Positions 12,871 through 26,000 of a stretch of DNA of 64,000 nucleotides are shown here, one piece after another. A program made the translations under genes and the position numbers. Origin of the DNA: the human T2T-CHM13v2.0 reference genome, Homo sapiens; assembly GCF_009914755.1 (NCBI RefSeq), contig NC_060936.1. One strand, written 5' to 3'. The notes below the pieces were generated by a model. It did no database searches. It had not been told where the DNA came from and saw only the letters and a list, made by a program, of their open reading frames with translations. The stretch's first letter is position 1. Every line of letters starts with the position of its first letter.

Positions 12871-15800
12871 CAAATATCCACTTGCAGACATTACAAACAG
12901 AGTGTTTCCAAACTGCTCCATCAAAAGAAAGGTTAAACTCTGTGAGCTGAACACACACATCAAAAAGAAGTTTCTGTGAATGATTCTGTCTAGATTTTAT
13001 AAGAAGATGTTTCCTTTTCTACCATAGGCCTCAAAGCGCTTGAAATCTCCAGCTGCAAATTCCACAAAAAGGGTGTTTAACATCTGCTCTTCTAAAGGAA
13101 AGTTCAAATCTATGAGTTGAATACACACAGCACAAAGAAGTTACTGAGACTTCTCCTATCAAACATTATATGAAGAAATCCCGTTTCCAACGAAGGCCTC
13201 AAAGAGGTCCAAATATCTGCTTGCAGACTTTACAGACAGAGTGTTTCCAAACTGCTCCATCAAAAGAGAGGTTAACCTCCTTGAGTTGAACACACACATC
13301 ACAAAGTAGTTTCTGTGAATGATTCTTTCTAGTTTTTATACGAAGATGTTTCCTTTTCTACCTTTGGTCTCAATGCGATTGAAATCTCCACATGGAAACT
13401 CCACAAAAAGAGTGTTTCAAATCTGCTCTTTCTGAAGGAAGGTTCAACTCTGTGAGTTGAATACACACACCACAAATAAGTTACTGAGAATTCTTCTGTG
13501 TAACATTATATGAGGAAATCCCGTTTCCAACGAAAGCCTCAAAGAGGTCCAAATATCCACTTGCAGACTTTACAAAGACAGTGTCTCCAAACTCCTCCAT
13601 CAAAAGAAAGGTTATACTCTGTGAATTGAACGCACACATCACAAAGTAGTTTCTGAGAATGATTGTGTCTAGTTTTTATACGAAGATATTTCCTTTTCTA
13701 CATTTGGCCTAAAAGCGCTTGAAATCTCCACCTGCAAATATCAGAAAAAGAGGGTTTCACATCTGCTCTGTCTAAAGGACAGTTCACCTCTGTGAGTTGA
13801 ATAGAGGCAACACAAAGTACTTACTCAGTATTCTTCTTTCTAGCGTTCTATGAAGAAATCCCGTTTCCAACGAAGGCCTCAAAGAGGTCCAAATATCTGC
13901 TTGCAGACTTTACAGAGTGTTTCCAAACTACTCTATGAAAAGAAAGCTTAAACTCCTTGAGTTGAACGCACACATCACAAAGTAGTTTCTGAGAATGATT
14001 CTGTCTAGTTTTTATACGAAGATGTTTCCTTTTCTACATTTCGTCTCAAAGCGATTGAAATCTCCAACTGGAAACTGCACAAATAGGGTGTTTCAAATCT
14101 GCTCTGTCTAAAGGAAGGTTCAACTCTGTGAGTTGAATACACACACCACAAATAAGTTACTGAGAATTCTTCTGTCGAACATTACATGAAGAAATCCCGT
14201 TTCCAACGAAGGCCTCAAAGAGGTCCAAATATCCACTTGCAGACATTACAAACAGAGTGTTTCCAAACTGCTCCATCAAAAGAAAGGTTAAACTCTGTGA
14301 GCTGAACACACACATCAAAAAGAAGTTTCTGTGAATGATTCTGTCTAGATTTTATAAGAAGATGTTTCCTTTTCTACCGTAGGCCTCAAAGCGCTTGAAA
14401 TCTCCAGCTGCAAATTCCACAAAAAGGGTGTATAACATCTGCTCTTCTAAAGGAATGTTCAACTCTATGAGTTGAATACACACAGCACAAAGAAGTTACT
14501 GAGACTTCTCCTATCAAACATTATATGAAGAAATCCCGCTTCCAACGAAGGCCTCAAAGAAGTCCAAATATCTGCTCACAAACTTTACAGACAGAGTGTT
14601 TCCAAACTGCTCCATCAAAAGAAAGGTTAACCTCCTTGAGTTGAACACACACATCACAAAGTAGTTTCTGTGAGTGATTCTTTCTAGTTTTTATACGAAG
14701 ATGTTTCCTTTTCTACCTTTGGTCTCAATGCGATTGAAATCTCCACATGGAAACTCCACAAAAAGAGTGTTTCAAATCTGCTCTTTCTGAAGGAAGGTTC
14801 AAATCTGTGAGTTGAATACACACACCACAAATAAGTTACTGAGAATTCTTCTGTGTAACATTATATGAGGAAATCCCGTTTCCAACGAAGGCCTCAAAGA
14901 GTTCCAAATATCCACTTGCAGACTTTACAAAGACAGTGTCTCCAAACTCCTCCATCAAAAGAAAGGTTATACTCTGTGAATTGAACGCACACATCACAAA
15001 GTAGTTTCTGAGAATGATTCTGACTACTTTTTATACGAAGATATTTCCTTTTCTACATTTGGCCTAAAAGCACTTGAAATCTCCACCTGCAAATATCACA
15101 AAAAGAGGGTTTCACATCTGCTCTGTCTAAAGGACAGTTCACCTCTGTGATTTGAATAGAGGCAACACATAGAACTTACTCAGTATTCTTCTTTCTAGCG
15201 TTCCATGAAGAAAACCCGTTTCCAACGAAGGCCTCAAAGAGGTCCAAATATCTGCTTGCAGACTTTACAGACAGAGTGTTTCCAAACAACTTTATGAAAA
15301 GAAAGCTTAAACTCCTTGAGTTGAACGCACATATCACAAAGTAGTTTCTGAGAATGATTCTGTCTAGTTTTTATACGAAGATGTTTCCTTTTCTACATTT
15401 CGTCTCAAAGCGATTGAAATCTCCAACTGGAAACTGCACAAATAGGGTGTTTCAAATCTGCTCTGTCTAAAGGAAGGTTCAACTCTGTGAGTTGAATACA
15501 CACACCACAAATAAGTTACTGAGAATTCTTCTGTCGAACATTACATGAAGAAATCCCGTTTCCAACGAAGGCCTCAAAGAGGTCCAAATATCCACTTGCA
15601 GACATTACAGAGTGTTTCCAAACTGCTCCATCAAAAGAAAGGTTAAAGTCTGTGAGCTGAACACACACATCAAAAAGAAGTTTCTGTGAGTGATTCTGTC
15701 TAGATTTTATAAGAAGATGTTTCCTTTTCTACCATAGGCCTCAAAGCGCTTGAAATCTCCAGCTGCAAATTCCACAAAAAGGGGGTTTAACATCTGCTCT

Positions 15801-18289
15801 TCTAAAGGAAAGTTCAACTCTATGAGTTGAATACACACAGCACAAAGAAGTTACTGAGACTTCTCCTATCAAACATTATATGAAGAAATCCCGTTTCCAA
15901 CGAAGGCCTCAAAGACGTCCAAATATCCACTTGCAGACATTATAAACAGTGTGTTTCCAAACTGCTCCATCAAAAGAAAGGTTAAACTCTGTGAGCTGAA
16001 CACACACATCAAAAAGAAGTTTCTGTGAATGATTCTGTCTAGATTTTATAAGAAGATGTTTCCTTTTCTACCATAGGCCTCAAAGCGCTTGAAATCTCCA
16101 GCTGCAAATTCCACAAAAAGGGTGTTTAACATCTGCTCTTCTAAAGGAAAGTTCAAATCTATGAGTTGAATACACACAGCACAAAGAAGTTACTGAGACT
16201 TCTCCTATCAAACATTATATGAAGAAATCCCGTTTCCAACGAAGGCCTCAAAGAGGTCCAAATATCTGCTTGCAGACTTTACAGACAGAGTGTTTCCAAA
16301 CTGCTCCATCAAAAGAAAGGTTAACCTCCTTGAGTTGAACACACACATCACAAAGTAGTTTCTGTGAATGATTCTTTCTAGTTTTTATACGAAGATGTTT
16401 CCTTTTCTACCTTTGGTCTCAATGCGATTGAAATCTCCACATGGAAACCCCACAAAAAGAGTGTTTCAAATCTGCTCTTTCTGAAGGAAGGTTCAACTCT
16501 GTGAGTTGAATACACACACCACAAATAAGTTACTGAGAATTCTTCTGTGTAACATTATATGAGGAAATCCCGTTTCCAACGAAGGCCTCAAAGAGGTCCA
16601 AATATCCACTTGCAGACTTTACAAAGACAGTGTCTCCAAACTCCTCCATCAAAAGAAAGGTTATACTCTGTGAATTGAACGCACACATCACAAAGTAGTT
16701 TCTGAGAATGATTGTGTCTAGTTTTTATACGAAGATATTTCCTTTTCTACATTTGGCCTAAAAGCGCTTGAAATCTCCACCTGCAAATATCAGAAAAAGA
16801 GGGTTTCACATCTGCTCTGTCTAAAGGACAGTTCACCTCTGTGAGTTGAATAGAGGCAACACAAAGTACTTACTCAGTATTCTTCTTTCTAGCGTTCTAT
16901 GAAGAAATCCCGTTTCCAACGAAGGCCTCAAAGAGGTCCAAATATCTGCTTGCAGACTTTACAGAGTGTTTCCAAACTACTCTATGAAAAGAAAGCTTAA
17001 ACTCCTTGAGTTGAACGCACACATCACAAAGTAGTTTCTGAGAATGATTCTGTCTAGTTTTTATACGAAGATGTTTCCTTTTCTACATTTCGTCTCAAAG
17101 CGATTGAAATCTCCAACTGGAAACTGCACAAATAGGGTGTTTCAAATCTGCTCTGTCTAAAGGAAGGTTCAACTCTGTGAGTTGAATACACACACCACAA
17201 ATAAGTTACTGAGAATTCTTCTGTCGAACATTACATGAAGAAATCCCGTTTCCAACGAAGGCCTCAAAGAGGTCCAAATATCCACTTGCAGACATTACAG
17301 AGTGTTTCCAAACTGCTCCATCAAAAGAAAGGTTAAAGTCTGTGAGCTGAACACACACATCAAAAAGAAGTTTCTGTGAGTGATTCTGTCTAGATTTTAT
17401 AAGAAGATGTTTCCTTTTCTACCATAGGCCTCAAAGCGCTTGAAATCTCCAGCTGCAAATTCCACAAAAAGGGTGTTTAACATCTGCTCTTCTAAAGGAA
17501 AGTTCAACTCTATGGGTTGAATACACACAGCAGAAAGAAGTTACCGAGATTTCTCCTATCAAACATTATATGAAGAAATCCCGTTTCCAATGAAGGCCTC
17601 AAAGAGGTCCAAATATCTGCTTGCAGACTTTACAGACAGAGTGTTTCCAAACTGCTCCATCAAAAGAAAGGTTAAACTCCTTGAGTTGAACACACACATC
17701 ACAAAGTAGTTTCTGTGAATGATTCTGTCTAGTTTTTATACGAAGATGTTTCCTTTTCTACCTTTGGTCTCAAAGCGATTGAAATCTCCACATGGAAACT
17801 CCACAAAAAGAGTTTTTCAAATCTGCTCTTTCTGAAGGAAGGTTCAACTCTGTGAGTTGAATACACACACCACAAATAAGTTACTGAGAATTCTTCTGTG
17901 TAACATTATATGAGGAAATCCCGTTTCCAACGAAGGCCTCAAAGAGGTCCAAATATCCACTTGCAGACTTTACAAAGACAGTGTCTCCAAACTCCTCCAT
18001 CAAAAGAAAGGTTATACTCTGTGAATTGAACGCACACATCACAAAGTAGTTTCTGAGAATGATTCTGTCTAGTTTTTATACGAAGATATTTCCTTTTCTA
18101 CATTTGGCCTAAAAGCGCTTGAAATCTCCACCTGCAAATATCACAAAAAGAGGGTTTCACATCTGCTCTGTCTAAAGGACAGTTCACCTCTGTGAGTTGA
18201 ATAGAGGCAACACAAAGAACTTACTCAGTATTCTTCTTTCTAGCGTTCTATGAAGAAATCCCTTTTCCAACGAAGGCCTCAAAGAGGTC
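12871..18289 (-). repeat. Truncated 18-mer-family units: 16-mer (12871-15584), 10-mer (15585-17274), partial haplotype X (17275-18289)
   Basis: Same marker SNVs as 1-4399 in a rearranged dimer order; GACGTC at 15914. Confidence 0.82.
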
Positions 18290-21200
18290 CAAATATCTGC
18301 TTGCAGACTTTACAGACAGAGTGTTTCCAAACTGCTAAATCAAAAGAAAGGTTAAACTCCTTGAGTTGAACACACACATCACAAAGTAGTTTCTGTGAAT
18401 GATTCTGTCTAGTTTTTATACGAAGATGTTTCCTTTTCTACCTTTGGTCTCAAAGCGATTGAAATCTCCACATGGAAACTCCACAAAAAGAGTGTTTCAA
18501 ATCTGCTCTTTCAGAAGGAAGGTTCAACTCTGTGAGTTGAATACACACACCACAAATAAGTTACTGAGAATTCTTCTGTGTAAAATTATATGAGGAAATC
18601 CCGTTTCCAACGAAGGCCTCAAAGAGGTCCAAATATCCACTTGCAGACTTTACAAAGACAGTGTCTCCAAACTCCTCCATCAAAAGAAAGGTTATACTCT
18701 GTGAATTGAACGCACACTTCACAAAGTAGTTTCTGAGAATGATTCTGTCTAGTTTTTATACGAAGATATTTCCTTTTCTACATTTGGCCTAAAAGCGCTT
18801 GAAATCTCCACGTGCAAATATCACAAAAAGAGGGTTTCACATCTGCTCTGTCTAAAGGACAGTTCACCTCTGTGAGTTGAATAGAGGCAACACAAAGAAC
18901 TTACTCAGTATTCTTCTTTCTAGCGTTCTAGGAAGAAATCCCGTTTCCAACGAAGGCCCCAATGAGGTCCAAATATCTGCTTGCAGACTTTACAGACAGA
19001 GTGTTTCCAAACTACTCTATGAAAAGAAAGCTTAAACTCCTTGAGTTGAACGCACACATCATAAAGTAGTTTCTGAGAATGATTCTGTCTAGTTTTTATA
19101 CGAAGATGTTTCCTTTTCTACATTTGGTCTCAAAGCGATTGAAATCTCCAAGTGGAAACTGCACAAATAGGGTGTTTCAAATCTGCTCTGTCTAAAGGAA
19201 GGTTCAACTCTGTGAGTTGAATACACACACCACAAATAAGTTACTGAGAATTCTTCTGTCGAACATTACTTGAAGAAATCCCGTTTCCAACGAAGGCCTC
19301 CAAGAGGTCCAAATATCCACTTGCAGACATTACAAACAGAGTGTTTCCAAACTGCTCCATCAAAAGAAAGTTTAAACCCTGTGAGCTGAACACACACATC
19401 AAAAAGAAGTTTCTGTGAATGATTCTGTCTAGATTTTATAAGAAGATGTTTCCTTTTCTACCGTAGGCCTCAAAGCGCTTGAAATCTCCAGCTGCAAATT
19501 CCACAAAAAGGGTGTTTAACATCTGCTCTTCTAAAGGAAAGTTCACCTCTATGAGTTGAATACACACAGCACAAAAAGTTACTGAGACTTCTCCTATCAA
19601 ACATTATATGAAGAAATCCCGTTTCCAACGATGGCCTCAAAGAGGTCCAAATATCTGCATGCAGACTTTACAAAGACAGTGTCTCCAAACTCCTCCATCA
19701 AAAGAAAGGTTATACTCTGTGAATTGAACGCACACATCACAAAGTAGTTTCTGAGAATGATTCTGTCTAGTTTTTATACGAAGATATTTCCTTTTCTACA
19801 TTTGGCCTAAAAGCGCTTGAAATCTCCACCTGCAAATATCACAAAAAGAGGGTTTCACATCTGCTCTGTCTAAAGGACAGTTCACCTCTGTGAGTTGAAT
19901 AGAGGCAACACAAAAACTTACTCAGTATTCTTCTTTCTAGCGTTCTATGAAGAAATCCCGTTTCCAACGAAGGCCCCAAAGAGGTCCAAATATCTGCTTG
20001 CAGACTTTACAGACAGAGTGTTTCCAAACTACTCTATGAAAAGAAAGCTTAAACTCCTTGAGTTGAACGCACACATCACAAAGTAGTTTCTGAGAATGAT
20101 TCTGTCTAGTTTTTATACGAAGATATTTCCTTTTCTACATTTGGCCTAAAAGCGCTTGAAATCTCCACCTGCAAATATCACAAAAAGAGGGTTTCACATC
20201 TGCTCTGTCTAAAGGACAGTTCACCTCTGTGAGTTTAATAGAGGCAACACAAAGAACTTACTCAGTATTCTTCTTTCTAGCGTTCTATGAAGAAATCCCG
20301 TTTCCAACGAAGGCCTCAAAGAGGTCCAAATATCTGCTTGCAGACTTTACAGACAGAGTGTTTCCAAACTACTCTATGAAAAGAAAGCTTAAACTCCTTG
20401 AGTTGAACGCACACATCACAAAGTAGTTTCTGAGAATGATTCTGTCTAGTTTTTATACGAAGATATTTCCTTTTCTACATTTGTCTCAAAGCGATTGAAA
20501 TCTCCAACTGGAAACTGCACAAATAGGGTGTTTCAAATCTGCTCTGTCTAAAGGAAGGTTCAACTCTGTGAGTTGAATACACACACCACAAATAAGTTAC
20601 TGAGAATTCTTCTGTCGAACATTACAGGAAGAAATCCCGTTTCCAACGAAGGCCTCAAAGAGGTCCAAATATCCACTTGCAGACATTACAAACAGTGTGT
20701 TTCCAAACTGCTCCATCAAAAGAAAGGTTAAATTCTGTGAGCTGAACACACACATCAAAAAGAAGTTTCTGTGAATGATTCTGTCTAGATTTTATAAGAA
20801 GATGTTTCCTTTTCTACCGTAGGCCTCAAAGCGCTTGAAATCTCCAGCTGCAAATTCCACAAAAAGGGTGTTTAACATCTGCTCTTCTAAAGGAAAGTTC
20901 AACTCTATGAGTTGAATACACACAGCACAAAGAAGTTACTGAGACTTCTCCTATCAAACATTATATGAAGAAATCCCGTTTGCAACGAAGGCCTCAAAGA
21001 GGTCCAAATATCTGCTTGCAGACTTTACAGACAGAGTTTTTCCAAACTGCTCCATCAAAAGAAAGGTTAAACTCCTTGAGTTGAACACACACATCACAAA
21101 GTAGTTTCTGTGAATGATTCTGTCTAGTTTTTATACGAAGATGTTTCCTTTTTTACCTTTGGTCTCAATGCGATTGAAATCTCCACATGGAAACTCCACA

Positions 21201-23040
21201 AAAAGAGTGTTTCAAATCTGCTCTTTCTGAAGGAAGGTTCAACTCTGTGAGTTGAATACACACACCACAAATAAGTTACTGAGAATTCTTCTGTGTAACA
21301 TTATATGAGGAAATCCCGTTTCCAACGAAGGCCTCAAAGAGTTCCAAATATCCACTTGCAGACTTACAAAGACAGTGTCTCCAAACTCTTCCATCAAAAG
21401 AAAGGTTATACTCTGTGAATTGAACGCACACATCACAAAGTAGTTTCTGAGAATGATTCTGTCTAGTTTTTATACGAAGATATTTCCTTTTCTACATTTG
21501 GCCTAAAAGCGCTTGAAATCTCCACCTGCAAATATCACAAAAAGAGGGTTTCACATCTGCTCTGTCTAAAGGACAGTTCACCTCTGTGAGTTGAATAGAG
21601 GCAACACAAAGAACTTACTCAGTATTCTTCTTTCTAGCGTTCTATGAAGAAATCCCGTTTCCAACGAAGGCCCCAAAGAGGTCCAAATATCTGCTTGCAG
21701 ACTTTACAGACAGAGTGTTTCCAAACTACTCTATGAAAAGAAAGCTTAAACTCCTTGAGTTGAACGCACACATCACAAAGTAGTTTCTGAGAATGATTCT
21801 GTCTAGTTTTTATACGAAGATGTTTCCTTTTCTACATTTGTCTCAAAGCGATTGAAATCTCCAACTGGAAACTGCACAAATAGGGTGTTTCAAATCTGCT
21901 CTGTCTAAAGGAAGGTTCAACTCTGTGAGTTGAATACACACACCACAAATAAGTTACTGAGAATTCTTCTGTCGAACATTACTTGAAGAAATCCCGTTTC
22001 CAACGAAGGCCTCAAAGAGGTCCAAATATCCACTTGCAGACATTACAAACAGTGTGTTTCCAAACTGCTCCATCAAAAGAAAGGTTAAACTCTGTGAGCT
22101 GAACACACACATCAAAAAGAAGTTTCTGTGAATGATTCCGTCTAGATTTTATAAGAAGATGTTTCCTTTTCTACCGTAGGCCTCAAAGCGCTTGAAATGT
22201 CCAGCTGCAAATTCCACAAAAAGGGTGTTTAACATCTGCTCTTCTAAAGGAAAGTTCAACTCTATGAGTTGAATACACACAGCACAAAGAAGTTACTGAG
22301 ACTTCTCCTATCAAACATTATATGAAGAAATCCCGTTTCCAAAGAAGGCCTCAAAGAGGTCCAAATATCTGCTTGCAGACTTTACAGACAGAGTTTTTCC
22401 AAACTGCTCCATCAAAGGAAAGGTTAAACTCCTTGAGTTGAACACACACATCACAAAGTAGTTTCTGTGAATGATTCTGTCTAGTTTTTATACGAAGATG
22501 TTTCCTTTTCTACCTTTGGTCTCAATGCGATTGAAATCTCCACATGGAAACTCCACAAAAAGAGTGTTTCAAATCTGCTCTTTCTGAAGGAAGGTTCAAC
22601 TCTGTGAGTTGAATACACACACCACAAATAAGTTACTCAGAATTCTTCTGTGTAACATTATATGAGGAAATCCCGTTTCCAACGAAGGCCTCAAAGAGGT
22701 CCAAATATCCACTTGCAGACTTACAAAGACAGTGTCTCCAAACTCCTCCATCAAAAGAAAGGTTATACTCTGTGAATTGAACGCACACATCACAAAGTAG
22801 TTTCTGAGAATGATTCTGTCTAGTTTTTATACGAAGATATTTCCTTTTCTACATTTGGCCTGAAAGCGCTTGAAATCTCCACGTGCAAATATCACAAAAA
22901 CAGGGTTTCACATCTGCTCTGTCTAAAGGACAGTTCACCTCTGTGAGTTGAATAGAGGCAACACAAAGAACTTACTCAGTATTCTTCTTTCTAGCGTTCT
23001 ATGAAGAAATCCCTTTTCCAACGAAGGCCCCAAAGAGGTC
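18290..23040 (-). repeat. Transitional block: extra B-C pair, A-C-(D/C)-D variant, then two related 8-mers
   Basis: B restarts at 18290 after C. B is skipped at 19648. A D/C hybrid dimer occupies 19987-20326. The HORs at 20666 and 22023 share a GACTTACAAA 1-bp deletion, and the D dimers at 20327 and 21684 share CATTTGTCTC. Confidence 0.82.
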
Positions 23041-26000
23041 CAAATATCTGCTTGCAGACTTTACAGACAGAGTGTTTCCAAACTACTCTATGAAAAGAAA
23101 GCTTAAACTCCTTGAGTTGAACGCACACATCACAAAGTAGTTTCTGAGAATGATTCTGTCTTGTTTTTATACAAATGTATTTCCGTTTCTATGGCCTCAA
23201 AGCAATTGAAATCTCCAACTGGAAACTGCACAAATAGGGTGTTTCAAATCTGCTCTGTCTAAAGGAAGGTTCAACTCTGTGAGTTGAATACACACACCAC
23301 AAATAAGTTGCTGAGAATTCTTCTGTCAAACATTACAGGAAGAAATCCCGTTTCCAACGAAGGCCTCAAAGAGGTCCAAATATCCACATGCAGACATTAC
23401 AAACAGAGTGTTTCCAAACTGCTCCATCAAAAGAAAGGTTAAACTCTGTGAGCTGAACAGACACATCAAAAAGAAGTTTCTGTGAATGATTCTGTCTAGA
23501 TTTTATAAGAAGATGTTTCCTTTTCTACCGTAGGCCTCAAAGCGCTTGAAATCTCCAGCTGCAAATTCCACAAAAAGGGTGTTTAACATCTGGTCTTCTA
23601 AAGGAAAGTTCAACTCTATGAGTTGAATACACACAGCACAAAGAAGTTACTGAGACTTCTCCTATCAAACATTAAATGAAGCAATCCCGTTTCCAACGAA
23701 GGCCTCAAAGAGGTCCAAATATCTGCTTGCAGACTTTACAGACAGAGTGTTTCCAAACTGCTCCATCAAAAGAAAGGTTAACCTCCTTGAGTTGAACACA
23801 CACATCACAAAGTAGTTTCTGAGAATGATTCTGTCTAGTTTTTATACGAAGATGTTTCCTTTTCTACCTTTGGTCTCAAAGCGATTGAAATCTCCACATG
23901 GAAACTCCACAAAAAGAGTGTTTCAAATCTGCTCTGTCTAAAGGAAGGTTCAACTCTGTGAGTTGAATACACACACCACAAATAAGTTACTGAGAATTCT
24001 TCTGTGTAACATTATATGAGGAAATCCCGTTTCCAACGAAGGCCTCAAAGAGGTCCAAATATCCACTTGCAGACTTTACAAAGACAGTGTCTCCAAACTC
24101 CTTCATCAAAAGAAAGGTTATACTCTGTGAATTGAACGCACACATCACAAAGTGCTTTCTGAGAATGATTCTGTCTAGTTTTTATACAAAGATATTTCCT
24201 TTTCTACATTTGGCCTAAAAGCGCTTGAAATCTCCACCTGCAAATATCACAAAAAGAGGGTTTCACATCTGCTCTGTCTAAAGGACAGTTCACCTCTGTG
24301 AGTTGAATAGAGGCAACACAAAGAACTTACTCAGTATTCTTCTTTCTAGCGTTATATGAAGAAATCCCGTTTCCAACGAAGGCCTCAAAGAGGTCCAAAT
24401 ATCTGCTTGCAGACTTTACAGACAGAGTGTTTCCAAACTACTCTATGAAAAGAAAGCTTAAACTCCTTGAGTTGAACGCACACATCACAAAGTAGTTTCT
24501 GAGAATGATTCTGTCTTGTTTTTATACAAAGTTATTTCTGTTTCTATGATTGGCCTCAAAGTGATTGAAATCTCCAACTGGAAACTGCACAAATAGGGTG
24601 TTTCAAATCTGCTCTGTCTAAAGGAAGGTTCAACTCTGTGAGTTGAATACACACACCACAAATAAGTTACTGAGAATTCTTCTGTCGAACATTACATGAA
24701 GAAATCCCGTTTCCAACGAAGGCCTCAAAAGGTCCAAATATCCACTTGCAGACATTACAAACAGAGTGTTTCCAAACTGCTCCATCAAAAGAAAGGTTAA
24801 ACTCTGTGAGCTGAACACACACATCAAAAAGAAGTTTCTGTGAATGATTCTGTCTAGATTTTATAAGAAGATGTTTCCTTTTCTACCGTAGGCCTCATAG
24901 TGCTTGAAATCTCCAGCTGCAAATTCCACAAAAAGGGTGTTTAACACCTGATCTTCTAAAGGAAAGTTCAACTCAATGAGTTGAATACACACAGCACAAA
25001 GAAGTTACTGAGACCTCTCCTATCAAACATTATATGAAGAAATCCCGTTTCCAACGAAGGCCTCAAAGAGGTCCAAATATCTGTTTGCAGACTTTGCAGA
25101 CAGAGTGTTTCCAAACTGCTCCATCAAAAGAAAGGTTAACCTCCTTGAGTTGAACACACACATCACAAAGTAGTTTCTGAGAATGATTCTGTCTAGTTTT
25201 TATACGAAGATGTTTCCTTTTCTACCTTTGGTCTCAAAGGGATTGAAATCTCCACATGGAAACTCCACAAAAAGAGTGTTTCAAATCTGCTCTGTCTAAA
25301 GGAAGGTTCAACTCTGTGAGTTGAATACACACACCACAAATAAGTTACTGAGAATTCTTCTGTGTAACATTATATGAGGAAATCCCGTTTCCAACGAAGG
25401 CCTCAAAGAGGTCCAAATATCCACTTGCAGACTTTAAAAAGACAGTGTCTCCAAACTCCTCCATCAAAAGAAAGGTTATACTCTGTGAATTGAACGCACA
25501 CATCACAAAGTAGTTTCTGAGAATGATTCTGTCTAGTTTTTATACGAAGATATTTCCTTTTCTACATTTGGCCTAAAAGCGCTTGAAATCTCCACGTGGA
25601 AATATCACAAAAAGAGGGTTTCACATCTGCTCTGTCTAAAGGACAGTTCACCTCTGTGAGTTGAATAGAGGCAACACATAGAACTTACTCAATATTCTTC
25701 TTTCTAGCGTTATATGAAGAAATCCCGTTTCCAACGAAGGCCTCAAAGAGGTCCAAATATCTGCTTGCAGACTTTACAGACAGAGTGTTTCCAAACTACT
25801 CTATGAAAAGAAAGCTTAAACTCCTTGAGTTGAACGCACACATCACAAAGTAGTTTCTGAGAATGATTCTGTCTTGTTTTTATACAAAGTTATTTCTGTT
25901 TCTATGATTGGCCTCAAAGCGATTGAAATCTCCAACTGGAAACTGCACAAATAGGGTGTTTCAAATCTGCTCTGTCTAAAGGAAGGTTCAACTCTGTGAG

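Noticed and set aside
11822-20990. Box variants TTTCTAACG (11822) and TTTGCAACG (20974), and CGAATG/CGAAAG ends, as inactivating changes
   Set aside because: These changes fall outside the nine essential core positions, so they were not counted as disrupted.
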